A DNA stretch of 64,000 nt from an uncultured Gammaproteobacteria bacterium (GTDB lineage Bacteria > Patescibacteriota > Microgenomatia > UBA1406): the NCBI GenBank assembly GCA_964414145.1, contig CAYPVH010000007.1, forward strand, positions 28,640 to 92,639. The letters run 5' to 3'. Positions 1-9,764 of the stretch are shown one piece after another. The translations under genes and the position numbers were made by a program. The notes under the pieces are model-generated. The model saw only the letters and a program-made list of their open reading frames with translations. It made no database searches and was not told where the DNA came from. Positions within the stretch are counted from its first letter, which is position 1. Each line of letters starts with the position of its first letter.

Positions 1-831
1 TAGCCCCACTCGGTCTTTAAAAACGTCAACAAATGCTTTTGGGTTATGTAGTTTTGGCTGGAAAAAAAAGTTGAGTAGAATTTTTGTTTGTTGAAAGTTG
101 TATTTTAATTCAAATAGAATTCGTGGTGTAAATGCAATCAAAAGCCCACTTAAAAAGAAAACCAGATTCTTTATATTCAAAAAATATTTTCTTGAAACCT
201 TAAAAAGCGTAGCAGTAATAAAAAAGGCAGGAATTAGAAATAAGCCAAAAGACAGTTCAAATTCCGAAACTAAGCCTAAAAAAAGCCCTAAAAGAATTGC
301 TATTAAATATTTCTTATTATCAACAATTTCTTTTTTGGTAACTAGCAAATAGTTTAAAAGCAAAAATGCCATAAGACAGGGTAATACCATAATGTTATTG
401 CCCACAAAAAATGAAGTGAAAATAAAGTAAGGCGACAGAACAATAAGTAATGCCGCAAAAACACTAATCAAGGGGCTAAAGTGTTTTATACAAAAATATA
501 CAAAAACTAAAAGTGAAATAAATTGTATAAAAAAGATAAAATAATAGAACGAAATAGGCAGTCCACTGAAAAGAATAAATGGTATTGAAAGAAAATAGTA
601 CCACCAAGCACCGTGATAAAGCCCCATGATTCCTGTTGTTGGCCCAATAAATGTTGGGTTTTTAAAAAGAATAACTTCTGCTGTTTTTAAAAAGTCTCGG
701 CCCTGGTCATAAGTATAAGGAACGGTTTTGTTAATAATTGGTCCAAGGCGGGTTAAGAAAAACAGCATAATTGCCAGCAACAGAGCAAATAGTATAAAAT
801 TCTTGTTATGCTTAAGTTGTTTAAAAAACAT
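1..831 (-). CDS. GT-C fold membrane glycosyltransferase (GT39/ArnT-PMT-like), 3' end outside window
   Basis: Not in the supplied track. The minus-strand frame has no stop from 837 down to base 1, with ATG at 831. Translation MFFKQLKHNKNFILFALLL...YTYDQGRDFLKTAEV... is polytopic and hydrophobic. It shares the DQGRD first-loop motif with 11958..13433. Confidence 0.7.
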   Translation of the reverse strand, partial: MFFKQLKHNKNFILFALLLAIMLFFLTRLGPIINKTVPYTYDQGRDFLKTAEVILFKNPTFIGPTTGIMGLYHGAWWYYFLSIPFILFSGLPISFYYFIFFIQFISLLVFVYFCIKHFSPLISVFAALLIVLSPYFIFTSFFVGNNIMVLPCLMAFLLLNYLLVTKKEIVDNKKYLIAILLGLFLGLVSEFELSFGLFLIPAFFITATLFKVSRKYFLNIKNLVFFLSGLLIAFTPRILFELKYNFQQTKILLNFFFQPKLHNPKAFVDVFKDRVGL

Positions 832-2259
832 ATTGGTTTAGTTCTATTGCTATTGCCCCTAGCTTTTTTTTATTTGTATAGATTAGATTATAGCACGTTA
901 GTAAGTTGGGATGAAGGTTGGTATGCAAGTATTTCAAGGAGCATGCTAAAGACCGGTGATATCTTTAATTTAATCTGGAATGGTAAACCATTTTACGACC
1001 ACCCACCAATGGGTTTTTGGTTAATGGCATTAAGCTATAAAATCTTTGGTATTGGTGAATTTGGTTCCAGATTACCATCGGTAATTACAGGGCTTTTGGC
1101 GGTAGTTTTTGTTTACAAAACAGCTTTACTTATTTTTAAAAATCGTGTTGTTGCTGTTGTTGCCGGATTAATGCTTGGTACCTCTGCTTGGTTTGTATTA
1201 AGGGTACGTTCCGGTAACTTAGACGCTCCTTTCATTTTCTTTTATATACTTACGGTTTATTCGGCATTAAAAGCTAGAGACAACTACAAATATTTTATTA
1301 TTACTATGTTAAGTTTTACTGCTCTGCTTTTAACAAAAACTTTAGTTGGTGTTTCGGCACTTTTTATTATTTTATTATTGGTTTTTAAAAACATAGTTAA
1401 GTCTAAAAATATAAAAATTACTTTAATTGGAGTATTTCTTTTTTTACTCTTGTTATTGCCTTGGTACTTGATTCAATTTATTAAGTATCCCAACTTTTAC
1501 TCCAGTCACTTTATTCAGGTTGGAATGAGAAGTAAAACTTTAATGTCTTACTTTAAACTCAACTATACTCTGCCCCTTTTCTACCTTCATATGGGAGTAA
1601 GAAAATGGTATTACTTGTGGCTTTTGGGTTTGTTTTCTGTAGTTTTTACGCTTTGGTGGCGAAAATACTTGATTTTTGTGGTTTTACTTTGGAACGCCTT
1701 GGTGCTTTACCCGTTCTTAACAACGGACCAGACTCATATCTGGCACCTAATACCGGTTTACTTACCGATGGCACTAATTATGGCCGGAGGAGTATACCGG
1801 TTGGGCTATTTGGTTTTTAAGAATTTAAAGAAAATTAATCTTTTAAAAATTAAAGCGATTAAATCGGTAATGTCAGTTAGTTTGCTAAATACCGTTTATT
1901 TAATTTGTTTTGTGTTAATTGCGGCAATTCAAGTGAGGGGGCTTTTTGGTGAAGTTATCCCTGGTTCCAGGTATGTTCCCGATGACGTGGCAATTTCAAA
2001 GCAAGCCACCAACTATAATAAACCGCTTTACCTGGATGACGACTTTTTACCAATTGCTGTTTTTTATTCAGGAAAAAATGTTAACCCTCTTATTTATCTT
2101 CCCGATAGCAAGAAAAATTTGGTGGGATTTTACCAAAACACCAAAGATAACAATTTCATGGTTATTACCCGAAACTATGCGCTGGATAATTTGGATAAGC
2201 TGGGAATTCAATACAAGATTATCGATCAAAATAACTCTTTTTCAATTATTACCCGCTAG
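808..2259 (+). CDS. GT39/ArnT-PMT family GT-C membrane glycosyltransferase
   Basis: SWDEGWYASISRSM plus PFYDHPPMGFWLMALSYKIFG motifs; about 10 TM helices followed by a soluble C-terminal domain of about 100 aa. Confidence 0.85.
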   Translation: MLKLFKKHIGLVLLLLPLAFFYLYRLDYSTLVSWDEGWYASISRSMLKTGDIFNLIWNGKPFYDHPPMGFWLMALSYKIFGIGEFGSRLPSVITGLLAVVFVYKTALLIFKNRVVAVVAGLMLGTSAWFVLRVRSGNLDAPFIFFYILTVYSALKARDNYKYFIITMLSFTALLLTKTLVGVSALFIILLLVFKNIVKSKNIKITLIGVFLFLLLLLPWYLIQFIKYPNFYSSHFIQVGMRSKTLMSYFKLNYTLPLFYLHMGVRKWYYLWLLGLFSVVFTLWWRKYLIFVVLLWNALVLYPFLTTDQTHIWHLIPVYLPMALIMAGGVYRLGYLVFKNLKKINLLKIKAIKSVMSVSLLNTVYLICFVLIAAIQVRGLFGEVIPGSRYVPDDVAISKQATNYNKPLYLDDDFLPIAVFYSGKNVNPLIYLPDSKKNLVGFYQNTKDNNFMVITRNYALDNLDKLGIQYKIIDQNNSFSIITR

Positions 2260-3045
2260 GTAATTAAGCACAAGATGAATTTTGGTTCGTAGCGGGGCGT
2301 GTTTTAGCCCAAATAGCAATCTGGAATATCTTTGTTTTTTAATGTGAAGAAGCGATCCCGAACCACCGGTTGAGCCGGCATTTTTGTGCCACATAATAAG
2401 TTTTGGGTCGTAAATTAAATCAATACCTTTCTTGATTGCACGAACAGAGTAGTCGGCGTCCTCATAATAAAGAAAAAAGCGACTATCCCAATAACCTGCC
2501 TTGTTAATAACTTTATTGTTGAAGCAGGCAAGTGTACCGGGAATAAAGTTTGTTTTATTTACTTTATCAAACTGGCCCTTATCAACCATATCTACTCCTG
2601 TGTGTTTTACCAGTGCGTTCTGCCAGTCAATAGTGCCGCCGGCATACCAAATAACATTTCCAAGCTCATTTTTTGCATATCTGTTTTTATGAAACTCATA
2701 ACCCTTTGAGTAGTAAATTTTACCCGTAAAAAAATCATACTTTCTAAAATTTTCTTTTACTTGTTCAATAAAATTATTACTAACGGTAGTGTCGTAATTT
2801 AGTACACAGAAAGTATTAAAAGTATCTTTTTGTGCTTGTTTTAAACAAACATTTACCCCGTAGGAGTAGCCCTTGTTTTTAGCGGGTAGAATAGTAATTG
2901 GAAATATATATTTTTTTGAAATCTTAAGGCAGCTGGTAAGATCGGCAACATAAAGGGTAAAATTAGGATTGTTTTTATTTAATGAGTCTAAAAAATCGTG
3001 CAAATTTTTGGGCTTATTATAATAGACTATTATTAGAGCAAGCAT
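2242..3045 (-). CDS. Family 2 glycosyltransferase (soluble, rhamnosyltransferase-like)
   Basis: N-terminal IIVYYN start, NKGYSYGVN and FFLYYEDADYSVR motifs typical of GT2. TACAAT lies 7 nt upstream of the ATG. Confidence 0.75.
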   Translation of the reverse strand: MLALIIVYYNKPKNLHDFLDSLNKNNPNFTLYVADLTSCLKISKKYIFPITILPAKNKGYSYGVNVCLKQAQKDTFNTFCVLNYDTTVSNNFIEQVKENFRKYDFFTGKIYYSKGYEFHKNRYAKNELGNVIWYAGGTIDWQNALVKHTGVDMVDKGQFDKVNKTNFIPGTLACFNNKVINKAGYWDSRFFLYYEDADYSVRAIKKGIDLIYDPKLIMWHKNAGSTGGSGSLLHIKKQRYSRLLFGLKHAPLRTKIHLVLNYLAGNN

Positions 3046-3099
3046 GTGATTAATTGTATCAAAAGCAGTTAAAAGTTCTATGTTAGAATTAGGCTAAAC

Positions 3100-4032
3100 A
3101 TGAAATATTCAATAGTGATTCCGGTTTTCAATGAAGAGGAAAATATTAATACTATATTTAGTAGAATTCAATCCAGTTTTAATAAAGTAAAAGAACCATA
3201 TGAAGTAATATTTGTTAATGATGGTTCAACCGACAATACTCAAAACATACTCGAATCTATTCATAAAAAGAAAAAGCATTTCAAAGTTATTAATTTTTCG
3301 CGTAATTTTGGGCATCAAACAGCAGTTAGTGCCGGTTTGAAGTATGTAAGGGGTGAATATATTGCAATTCTAGACGGTGATTTACAAGACCCACCAGAAG
3401 TGTTGCCCAAATTTTTTAATAAATTGAAAGAAGGTTTTGATGTGGTTTATGCCATTAGAAGACGAAGAAAAGAACCGTTGATAAAAAGAATAATGTATGC
3501 CGCCTTTTACAGAGTTTTAAAAGCTGTAGCCAACATTAGTATTCCCCTAGACAGTGGAGATTTTTGTGTTATGACGAAAAGAGTAGTCAATACAATTAAT
3601 AGCTTGCCTGAAAGAAATCGGTTTGTTCGTGGCTTAAGAAGTTGGGTTGGTTACCGTCAAGTTGGACTTGAATATGAACGAGAAGAAAGGTTTGCAGGCA
3701 GTAGTAAATATTCTTTTGCTAAGCTGTTCAGACTGGCTTTCGACGGTATTGTTTCTTTTTCTTATGTTCCTTTGCAAGTCGTAACCATAATTGGTTTTCT
3801 AATGTTTCTGCTGTCGATTTTTGGCAGCATAATGACAGTTTATTTTAAATTGTTTACCGATGTTTATATTCCTCGTGGTTTTCCAACAACAATCATTATA
3901 ATCATGTTCATTGGCGGTGTTAATATGCTGTCTCTGGGTATTATTGGTGAGTACATTGGGCGAATATACGACGAAGCCAAACAAAGGGTTCCATTTGTTA
4001 TAGAATCTACACTAGGGTTTAAAGATTCATAA
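3100..4032 (+). CDS. GT2 polyprenyl-phosphate sugar synthase (GtrB/ArnC-like) with two C-terminal TM helices
   Basis: YSIVIPVFNEEENI, FVNDGSTDNT, FSRNFGHQTAVSAGL and DGDLQDPPE motifs; C-terminal TM pair. Confidence 0.85.
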   Translation: MKYSIVIPVFNEEENINTIFSRIQSSFNKVKEPYEVIFVNDGSTDNTQNILESIHKKKKHFKVINFSRNFGHQTAVSAGLKYVRGEYIAILDGDLQDPPEVLPKFFNKLKEGFDVVYAIRRRRKEPLIKRIMYAAFYRVLKAVANISIPLDSGDFCVMTKRVVNTINSLPERNRFVRGLRSWVGYRQVGLEYEREERFAGSSKYSFAKLFRLAFDGIVSFSYVPLQVVTIIGFLMFLLSIFGSIMTVYFKLFTDVYIPRGFPTTIIIIMFIGGVNMLSLGIIGEYIGRIYDEAKQRVPFVIESTLGFKDS

Positions 4033-4040
4033 ATATTTAT

Positions 4041-5123
4041 ATGTTATTTATTTACGCTTTAGTCTTGTTTTTGTTTACGGTTTATTCCTATGATTTAGTT
4101 GACCCCAATATGACTCTTTTTTCCAGTAATATTTGGACAACATTCAGAAACGCAATGGTGCAGTTGGGTTATTACCAGCGAGAATTATCATTTGCTATAT
4201 ATATAACGCTAATAATTGCGATGTTTTTACTGAGTGTATATTTTGTGGTTAGTAAAAAACATAGCGCTATAAAACTAGGGCTTATCAGTGTAATTATCTT
4301 ACTTTTTTCATACCCCTTCTTATCTCATGATTTTTTTAACTACTTGTTTGATGCCAAAATTTTAACCTTTTATCATAAAAATCCTTACTTATTTACACCG
4401 CAATACTTTGTTAACGACCCGGATTTGCGATTTATGCACTGGGTTCATAGAACCTACCCCTATGGTCCTTCTTTCTTGTTATTTTCACTCATTCCGTCGT
4501 TTCTTTCATTTGGTAAGTTTGTTTTGTCTTTTTTCTTTTTTAAACTGATGTTTTCTTTTTTTTATCTGACAGCGGTCTATGTAACTAATAAGTTGAATAA
4601 AACAGCAGCTGTATATATTGCAACATCACCGTTAATATTGGTAGAGGGATTAGTTAATTCGCATAATGATTTGATAGGTTTGTCATTATTTATGATGGCA
4701 TATTATGCATTAAAGAAAAGAAAAAAAGCCGCTGCTTTTATAACTGCAATGTTTTCTATTGGTATAAAATATGTCACCTTTGTGTTATTACCTCTTTTTT
4801 CAAAGAACAAGCGTGCTCGGTTTATATCGTTGTTTTTATTTTTTGTCAGTCTGCTGTACATATATTTCAAACTCGGGGTTCACCCTTGGTATTTTTTAAC
4901 CTTATTTGCTTTAGTGGTTTCCTTTGAGAAAATTATTTATCCCTTGTATACCTTATCTTTTTTTCTACTTTTATCGTACTACCCATATATTTATTTTGGC
5001 GGCTGGGATACTGTAGACAAGATACAAGCAAAAGAGTTGATAATAGGTGTTGGAATAGTGGTTTTTTTTGTGCTTTTAATTACAAAACAGAAGTTAAAAA
5101 AATTAGTCGGCCCTTACTTTTAG
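4041..5123 (+). CDS. GT-C-like polytopic membrane glycosyltransferase (DUF2029/GT87-like)
   Basis: SHDFFNYLFDAK acidic loop and HRTYPYGPSFL motif; all-TM protein. Confidence 0.55.
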   Translation: MLFIYALVLFLFTVYSYDLVDPNMTLFSSNIWTTFRNAMVQLGYYQRELSFAIYITLIIAMFLLSVYFVVSKKHSAIKLGLISVIILLFSYPFLSHDFFNYLFDAKILTFYHKNPYLFTPQYFVNDPDLRFMHWVHRTYPYGPSFLLFSLIPSFLSFGKFVLSFFFFKLMFSFFYLTAVYVTNKLNKTAAVYIATSPLILVEGLVNSHNDLIGLSLFMMAYYALKKRKKAAAFITAMFSIGIKYVTFVLLPLFSKNKRARFISLFLFFVSLLYIYFKLGVHPWYFLTLFALVVSFEKIIYPLYTLSFFLLLSYYPYIYFGGWDTVDKIQAKELIIGVGIVVFFVLLITKQKLKKLVGPYF

Positions 5124-6551
5124 AGTATTGATTATCTCAGGTATAAACTTACCCTTCGTTAAAATATAGATCATTGTAGAATAAACGCAAACTCCAACCG
5201 TTGCTGTTACCAAAAGTTCGGTCCATGGTTTGAGTAGTAGTATTTGTTGTATTATATAAATTACCAAACTCATCACTGATGTCGACAATAGTGGGGCACG
5301 AATTGCTTTTAAAAATTGAAAATTAACATAGTCTTTTAATTTTAGAATAACAAGAATAAATGATAAAGAATTAAAGGCAAAAGCAATACTAACTCCGGTA
5401 AAACCAAATTTAAAAATCATTAAGGGGACCACTGTCCAATTAAGTGCAATCCAAAGAAGCATAAATTTAACCGAAGTTCTAACCTTACCAATTGCGTTAA
5501 AAACGTTGATAAAAGGAGAAGTAAAACTTACGAATAAGGTAGAAAGCAGGAAAAAATTAAAAGAAGTAAGGGCTGTTTCCCATTTTATATACTTTGGAAT
5601 GATTACTATCATATATGGCATGGTGAAAAATGCTCCGGCTAATATTGGCATAAGAATTAAACTACTAAAAAAAACGACTTTTTCGATCATCAGAGCAAGT
5701 CTTTCTTTATTGTCCTGAAACTTAGAAAATATAGGAAATAAAACTCTGTTAACGTTATCCATAATAATCTTTAGTGGGGTTTCTGCCCATTTTTTTGCCC
5801 AACCTACGTAGCCCATAGCTCCTAATCCCAGCTGACTGGCAAGGAATAAATTTAATAGATCATCTTTTACAAAAGCGAGAAGTACATTTGATTGAAAAGG
5901 AATACCATAGCTTAAAATCCGTTTAGCATATTTTTTGTTGAAGGTAAATTTTGGAACCCAACGAGTAAAATAATAAATAAGAGAAGTGCCAACAAAAGAG
6001 CGGGCAATTACCGCAAAGGTTAAGGCATATATTTTAAAACCGGCTAAAAGTAAAATTATACTGATTGCATAAAAGGTAGTGCTTTCAACAACTTGAGTTA
6101 AAACAATTTTTGAATAAGCAAGCTGTCTTTCAAGACGGGTTGAGGGAATGGACTTGAAGGAAAGAATAAATAAGGAAAAAATCATTCCCAAGTATAAGCT
6201 AATTCCAGGAGAGGTAAAGCTGTAGAGTTTAATAATTATCGGTGTTAAAAGCAGACCGACAATAACAATAGTGGTAACAAGAGTTAGTTGAATAGTAAAG
6301 GCGGTATGGAATTCTTCTTCTTTTGGGTTTTTGCTTTGCACTAGTGACGCCGCTAACCCAAGATCGGTAAAATAACTAAAGATCATAATTATAGACAAAA
6401 CAATAAAGTAAAGTCCGTATTCTGCCGGAGACAGATAAATAGTAAAAACAAGGTTAGCAATTAAGCCAAGGAAAGCCGAGTAGGCGCTATTGCCTAAAAA
6501 ATACATAATACCAAACAAACCCTTTCGTTTTATTTCGATTTTATCTTCCAT
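5103..6551 (-). CDS. Wzx-like oligo/polysaccharide flippase (MOP superfamily)
   Basis: 482 aa with about 12-14 TM helices and a polysaccharide-biosynthesis-protein-like pattern; sits inside the glycosylation cluster. Confidence 0.8.
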   Translation of the reverse strand: MEDKIEIKRKGLFGIMYFLGNSAYSAFLGLIANLVFTIYLSPAEYGLYFIVLSIIMIFSYFTDLGLAASLVQSKNPKEEEFHTAFTIQLTLVTTIVIVGLLLTPIIIKLYSFTSPGISLYLGMIFSLFILSFKSIPSTRLERQLAYSKIVLTQVVESTTFYAISIILLLAGFKIYALTFAVIARSFVGTSLIYYFTRWVPKFTFNKKYAKRILSYGIPFQSNVLLAFVKDDLLNLFLASQLGLGAMGYVGWAKKWAETPLKIIMDNVNRVLFPIFSKFQDNKERLALMIEKVVFFSSLILMPILAGAFFTMPYMIVIIPKYIKWETALTSFNFFLLSTLFVSFTSPFINVFNAIGKVRTSVKFMLLWIALNWTVVPLMIFKFGFTGVSIAFAFNSLSFILVILKLKDYVNFQFLKAIRAPLLSTSVMSLVIYIIQQILLLKPWTELLVTATVGVCVYSTMIYILTKGKFIPEIINTLKVRAD

Positions 6552-6561
6552 ATTAAATTAC

Positions 6562-6567
6562 TATAAT
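6562..6567 (+). promoter_or_regulatory. -10 hexamer TATAAT, 6 nt upstream of ATG 6574 (leaderless-type)
   Basis: ctATAATaagaaaATG read directly. It overlaps a minus-strand TATAGT (6565..6560) lying 8 nt upstream of wzx ATG 6551. Confidence 0.45.
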
Positions 6568-6573
6568 AAGAAA

Positions 6574-8271
6574 ATGAGGAAAATTATAGTTATTTTTTCC
6601 ACGATTATTCCCATATTTGCTATTGTAGCACTTTTTTCTGATCAATACTTTTCAATGCATGACAGGCAACATATAGTTAGGTTGTTCTTGCTCGACAAGG
6701 GCCTCGGTCAAGGACTTTTATACCCTCGATATGTTGACGGCTTGGGTTTTGGCTTTGGATACCCTTTATTTAATTTTTATCCGCCTCTGATTTATTATAT
6801 TGCCGAAATTTTTAGACTGGTGGGGTTTGGATACGTGGTATCTATCAAGTTAATGTTGATTTTGGGTTTCTATATTTCTTTTACGGGTATGTATTTGCTT
6901 CTAAATAAGTTACTTAAAAAGCCTTATATTGCCTTGCTTGGAGCCACTCTTTTCTTGTTTGCTCCTTACCATGCTGTTTTGGTTTTTGTGAGAGGGGCTT
7001 TTGCCGAGTTTTTTGCCTACAACCTAATTCCCTGGATATTTTGGGCTTTCTTGAAATTAAGCGAAAACAATAAGAGATACTATTTTTCAATATTTATTGC
7101 CCTTTTAATACTGGCGCACCCATTAGTGGCATTCCCTTTTTTATTAATTTTTGGTGTTTTTTTCCTTGTTTATCTTTTGTGTGCGAATAACAAGTTAGAT
7201 CTGATTATTAAAACAGTCTTTGCCTTTTTAGTTGGTTTGGGTTTGTCTGCTTTTTTTTGGTTACCGTCTTTGTTTGAAAGGAAATATACACTGGTTGACA
7301 AAATTCTTACTAATCAATTAGCCAATTATAACCTTCACTTTGTTTACCTTCGGCAATTTTTTAACTCGTCTTGGGGTTTTGGCGGCTCAATATATGGCTT
7401 GTGGGACGGGATGTCTTTTGAAATTGGCAAAATACACTTGGCATTGTCTTTAATTAGTGTTGTTGGTCTTTTTGTTTGTTTACTGAAAGGGGAAAAGTCT
7501 TGTGGTTTAATATTAAAAAAGGCATTGCCATACTTAACGATCTTTGTTGTTGCCGTATTTATGAGTTCGTTTTATTCAAAAATAGTCTGGGACAATGTGC
7601 ATTATTTATGGTATTTGCAATTTCCATGGCGGTTTCTTGTTTTTGCCACATTTGCTTCTTCGCTAAGTGGGGTTTTAATTTTAGTGTTCATAGAAAACAA
7701 TAAAATAAGAGGCGTGTTAGCTGGATTGATAATTGTTTTATCAATAATGTTTTATGCGCCACTTTTTAAACCGGAAAAATTTATTGATGGCGCTGACGAA
7801 AGTTATATAACTAAGGAACAAATTAACTGGGAAGTAAGCAAGACTTCTTATGAATTTATGTACAACGAGGTGAGTACAGTAGTTAACGATGATAATACTA
7901 CAAGTCTTAAGTTACAAAAAAATGAAATTCCAACAATTTCTTATATTAAAAACGAAAACCTTAAGGTAAAACAACTAGAAGATAAATATATTCAAAAAAA
8001 ATATAAAGTTAAGGCGAAAAAGAAAACAAAGTTTGTTATTAACACCAGTTATTTTCCAGGTTGGAATGTGTACGTAAACGGAAATAAACAATTTTTGAGT
8101 AAAACGGGAAAAATAAAACTGCTATCGGTTGAGCTTAAGCCGGGATTATCTGAGGTAGAATTTAGGTTCGAAAACACAACACCAAGAACTGTTGCTAATT
8201 TATTGAGTATTTTTGTGCTGGTTTTATTAATACTTGTTGCCGTGAAGAATTTATTGTTTCACCGAAAATAA
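6574..8271 (+). CDS. GT-C-like large membrane protein (COG5617/YfhO-like)
   Basis: HDRQHIVRL...YPRYVDGLGFGFGYPLFNFYPPLIYY motif block; polytopic, with a C-terminal beta-rich domain and a final TM. Start moved to ATG 6574 (TATAAT 6562-6567); the track start 6490 overlaps wzx. Confidence 0.55.
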   Translation: MRKIIVIFSTIIPIFAIVALFSDQYFSMHDRQHIVRLFLLDKGLGQGLLYPRYVDGLGFGFGYPLFNFYPPLIYYIAEIFRLVGFGYVVSIKLMLILGFYISFTGMYLLLNKLLKKPYIALLGATLFLFAPYHAVLVFVRGAFAEFFAYNLIPWIFWAFLKLSENNKRYYFSIFIALLILAHPLVAFPFLLIFGVFFLVYLLCANNKLDLIIKTVFAFLVGLGLSAFFWLPSLFERKYTLVDKILTNQLANYNLHFVYLRQFFNSSWGFGGSIYGLWDGMSFEIGKIHLALSLISVVGLFVCLLKGEKSCGLILKKALPYLTIFVVAVFMSSFYSKIVWDNVHYLWYLQFPWRFLVFATFASSLSGVLILVFIENNKIRGVLAGLIIVLSIMFYAPLFKPEKFIDGADESYITKEQINWEVSKTSYEFMYNEVSTVVNDDNTTSLKLQKNEIPTISYIKNENLKVKQLEDKYIQKKYKVKAKKKTKFVINTSYFPGWNVYVNGNKQFLSKTGKIKLLSVELKPGLSEVEFRFENTTPRTVANLLSIFVLVLLILVAVKNLLFHRK

Positions 8272-9759
8272 GAATATTTTATTATTACCATAAGGTTTAC
8301 CATAAGCCCTTATTAATTTTAGCGGCCAGTTGGTGGGAAAGCTGGTTCTTTCATGAAAAACTAAATAAACAGGATGGTTTTTTGCTAAATTAACAGCGTA
8401 TTCCAAATCTTCGTCTTTCATAGGCCACCTGGGTTCAAAGTGCAACCTTGGGTCGTCATAGCTGAAATAAATATCAAGAGAGTAGGGCATTAGACCAAAA
8501 GTTCCTTCCGTAAAAACATATATGTCTCCCTCTTTGTTGGCTTTGTTATTCAGGAAGGCTACTATTTCGTTAACTCCCCAGCCAGCAGTGACTCCTTCAA
8601 TGTACTGGCCACGATCGATTTTAGGGAAAGGAATATCTTTGGGTGAAAACAAAATTGTGTAGTTTAAATAAACAACCGACAAGAGGTAAACAGTAAGTAA
8701 TAATATTTTGTATTTAGTGGCTTTTAGAAGATGGATAAAGCCAATAAAGAAGGGAATAGTTAAAAATATTAAATAGCGGGGAAAAATAACCCGGGCGAGG
8801 GCAGAAATTGCCAAGAAAGGTACAATAAAAAAAAGAAACAAATAACTGGCTAGTTCTTTGTTATTTTTAAACATTAATACTAAACCAATTATTCCAAGCA
8901 AAACCAGAATATAGCTGCTCTCGCTTAAAAAGTAAAAAGGTACGGTAATAAGATTATGTAGAAGCGGATTAAAAGGGGAACTAAAATAGTCCATGGGTGA
9001 CATAACAAATGTTGTATTTTTTTGCTCGATGTAGTGCATGAAAGGGGACAGGCGCTGTACATTGTAAATTACAAAAGCAATTAACAAGGCTATAGTAAAA
9101 AGGAATAGATAATTAACAATATTCCTGACTTTATCTTTCTTTTTCAAATAAAATATGAATGGGGCAATTAGGGGTGGTAGTAGAAAGACTCTGATTGTTG
9201 ATTTGGCTAAGGTACCAAGCCCGGCTATAGCACCAAATATTATAGCTATGTCGAGGCGCTTGTTTTTTATTAGTATTAAAGACAATAGAATTATCCAAAT
9301 ATAGAAGCCGTTAACAGTTGCGTCAACAAGTGCCATTCGCTCATAAAAAAGGTAGTAGGGATTAACAATATAAACAAAGGCAGCCAGAAAGGCCAATTTA
9401 GTATTTTTATAGAGGTAATAAACCAAAGAAGATATGCCGGTTAAGGCAAAAAAGCCACTAAAAACGGCAAACATTCTTCCTGCAAAAAGCGGATCCTTAA
9501 AAATCTTTAAAAAAGGGATTGTTCCCCATGTTTGCAAAGGTTGTCGGCCGTCTGTTAAGGAAATAAAGCGCCAGGAAGCATCTCGCCAGGCTTGTTTTGC
9601 CCAGTGAATGTATATTGCTTCATCAGTGAATATTGGTAAATCAGTTAGATTAATCAAACGAGTCGTAAAGAAAATAAAGATAATTAGGGCTATTATCACA
9701 AGGTCGGTTTTTGTTAGCTTTTTCTTTAATTGAGTAAAGATGTTAAATATATCAAACAT
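8251..9759 (-). CDS. GT39/ArnT-like GT-C membrane glycosyltransferase
   Basis: LPIFTDEAIYIHWAKQAW first-loop motif; polytopic; soluble C-terminal domain of about 130 aa. Confidence 0.75.
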   Translation of the reverse strand: MFDIFNIFTQLKKKLTKTDLVIIALIIFIFFTTRLINLTDLPIFTDEAIYIHWAKQAWRDASWRFISLTDGRQPLQTWGTIPFLKIFKDPLFAGRMFAVFSGFFALTGISSLVYYLYKNTKLAFLAAFVYIVNPYYLFYERMALVDATVNGFYIWIILLSLILIKNKRLDIAIIFGAIAGLGTLAKSTIRVFLLPPLIAPFIFYLKKKDKVRNIVNYLFLFTIALLIAFVIYNVQRLSPFMHYIEQKNTTFVMSPMDYFSSPFNPLLHNLITVPFYFLSESSYILVLLGIIGLVLMFKNNKELASYLFLFFIVPFLAISALARVIFPRYLIFLTIPFFIGFIHLLKATKYKILLLTVYLLSVVYLNYTILFSPKDIPFPKIDRGQYIEGVTAGWGVNEIVAFLNNKANKEGDIYVFTEGTFGLMPYSLDIYFSYDDPRLHFEPRWPMKDEDLEYAVNLAKNHPVYLVFHERTSFPTNWPLKLIRAYGKPYGNNKIFLFSVKQ

Positions 9760-9764
9760 ATTTA

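Noticed and set aside
98-352. 84-aa plus-strand ORF from the supplied track
   Set aside because: It lies antisense to a 277-codon uninterrupted minus-strand reading frame (831..1) that encodes a convincing GT-C membrane protein. Its own translation is low-complexity and Lys-rich, so it is a shadow ORF.
6490-6573. N-terminal extensions given by the longest-ORF starts in the track: 6490, 13357, 24846, 31800, 33975, 34742, 38818, 41689, 46724, 11267
   Set aside because: The extensions overlap neighbouring genes or begin with TTG/GTG and add non-hydrophobic junk ahead of clear signal or TM sequences. Internal ATGs are preceded by -10-like hexamers at 6-7 nt or by stop/start overlaps, so I used the internal starts. 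The exception is 27926..29395, where I kept the track start 29395 and note ATG 29359 only as an alternative.
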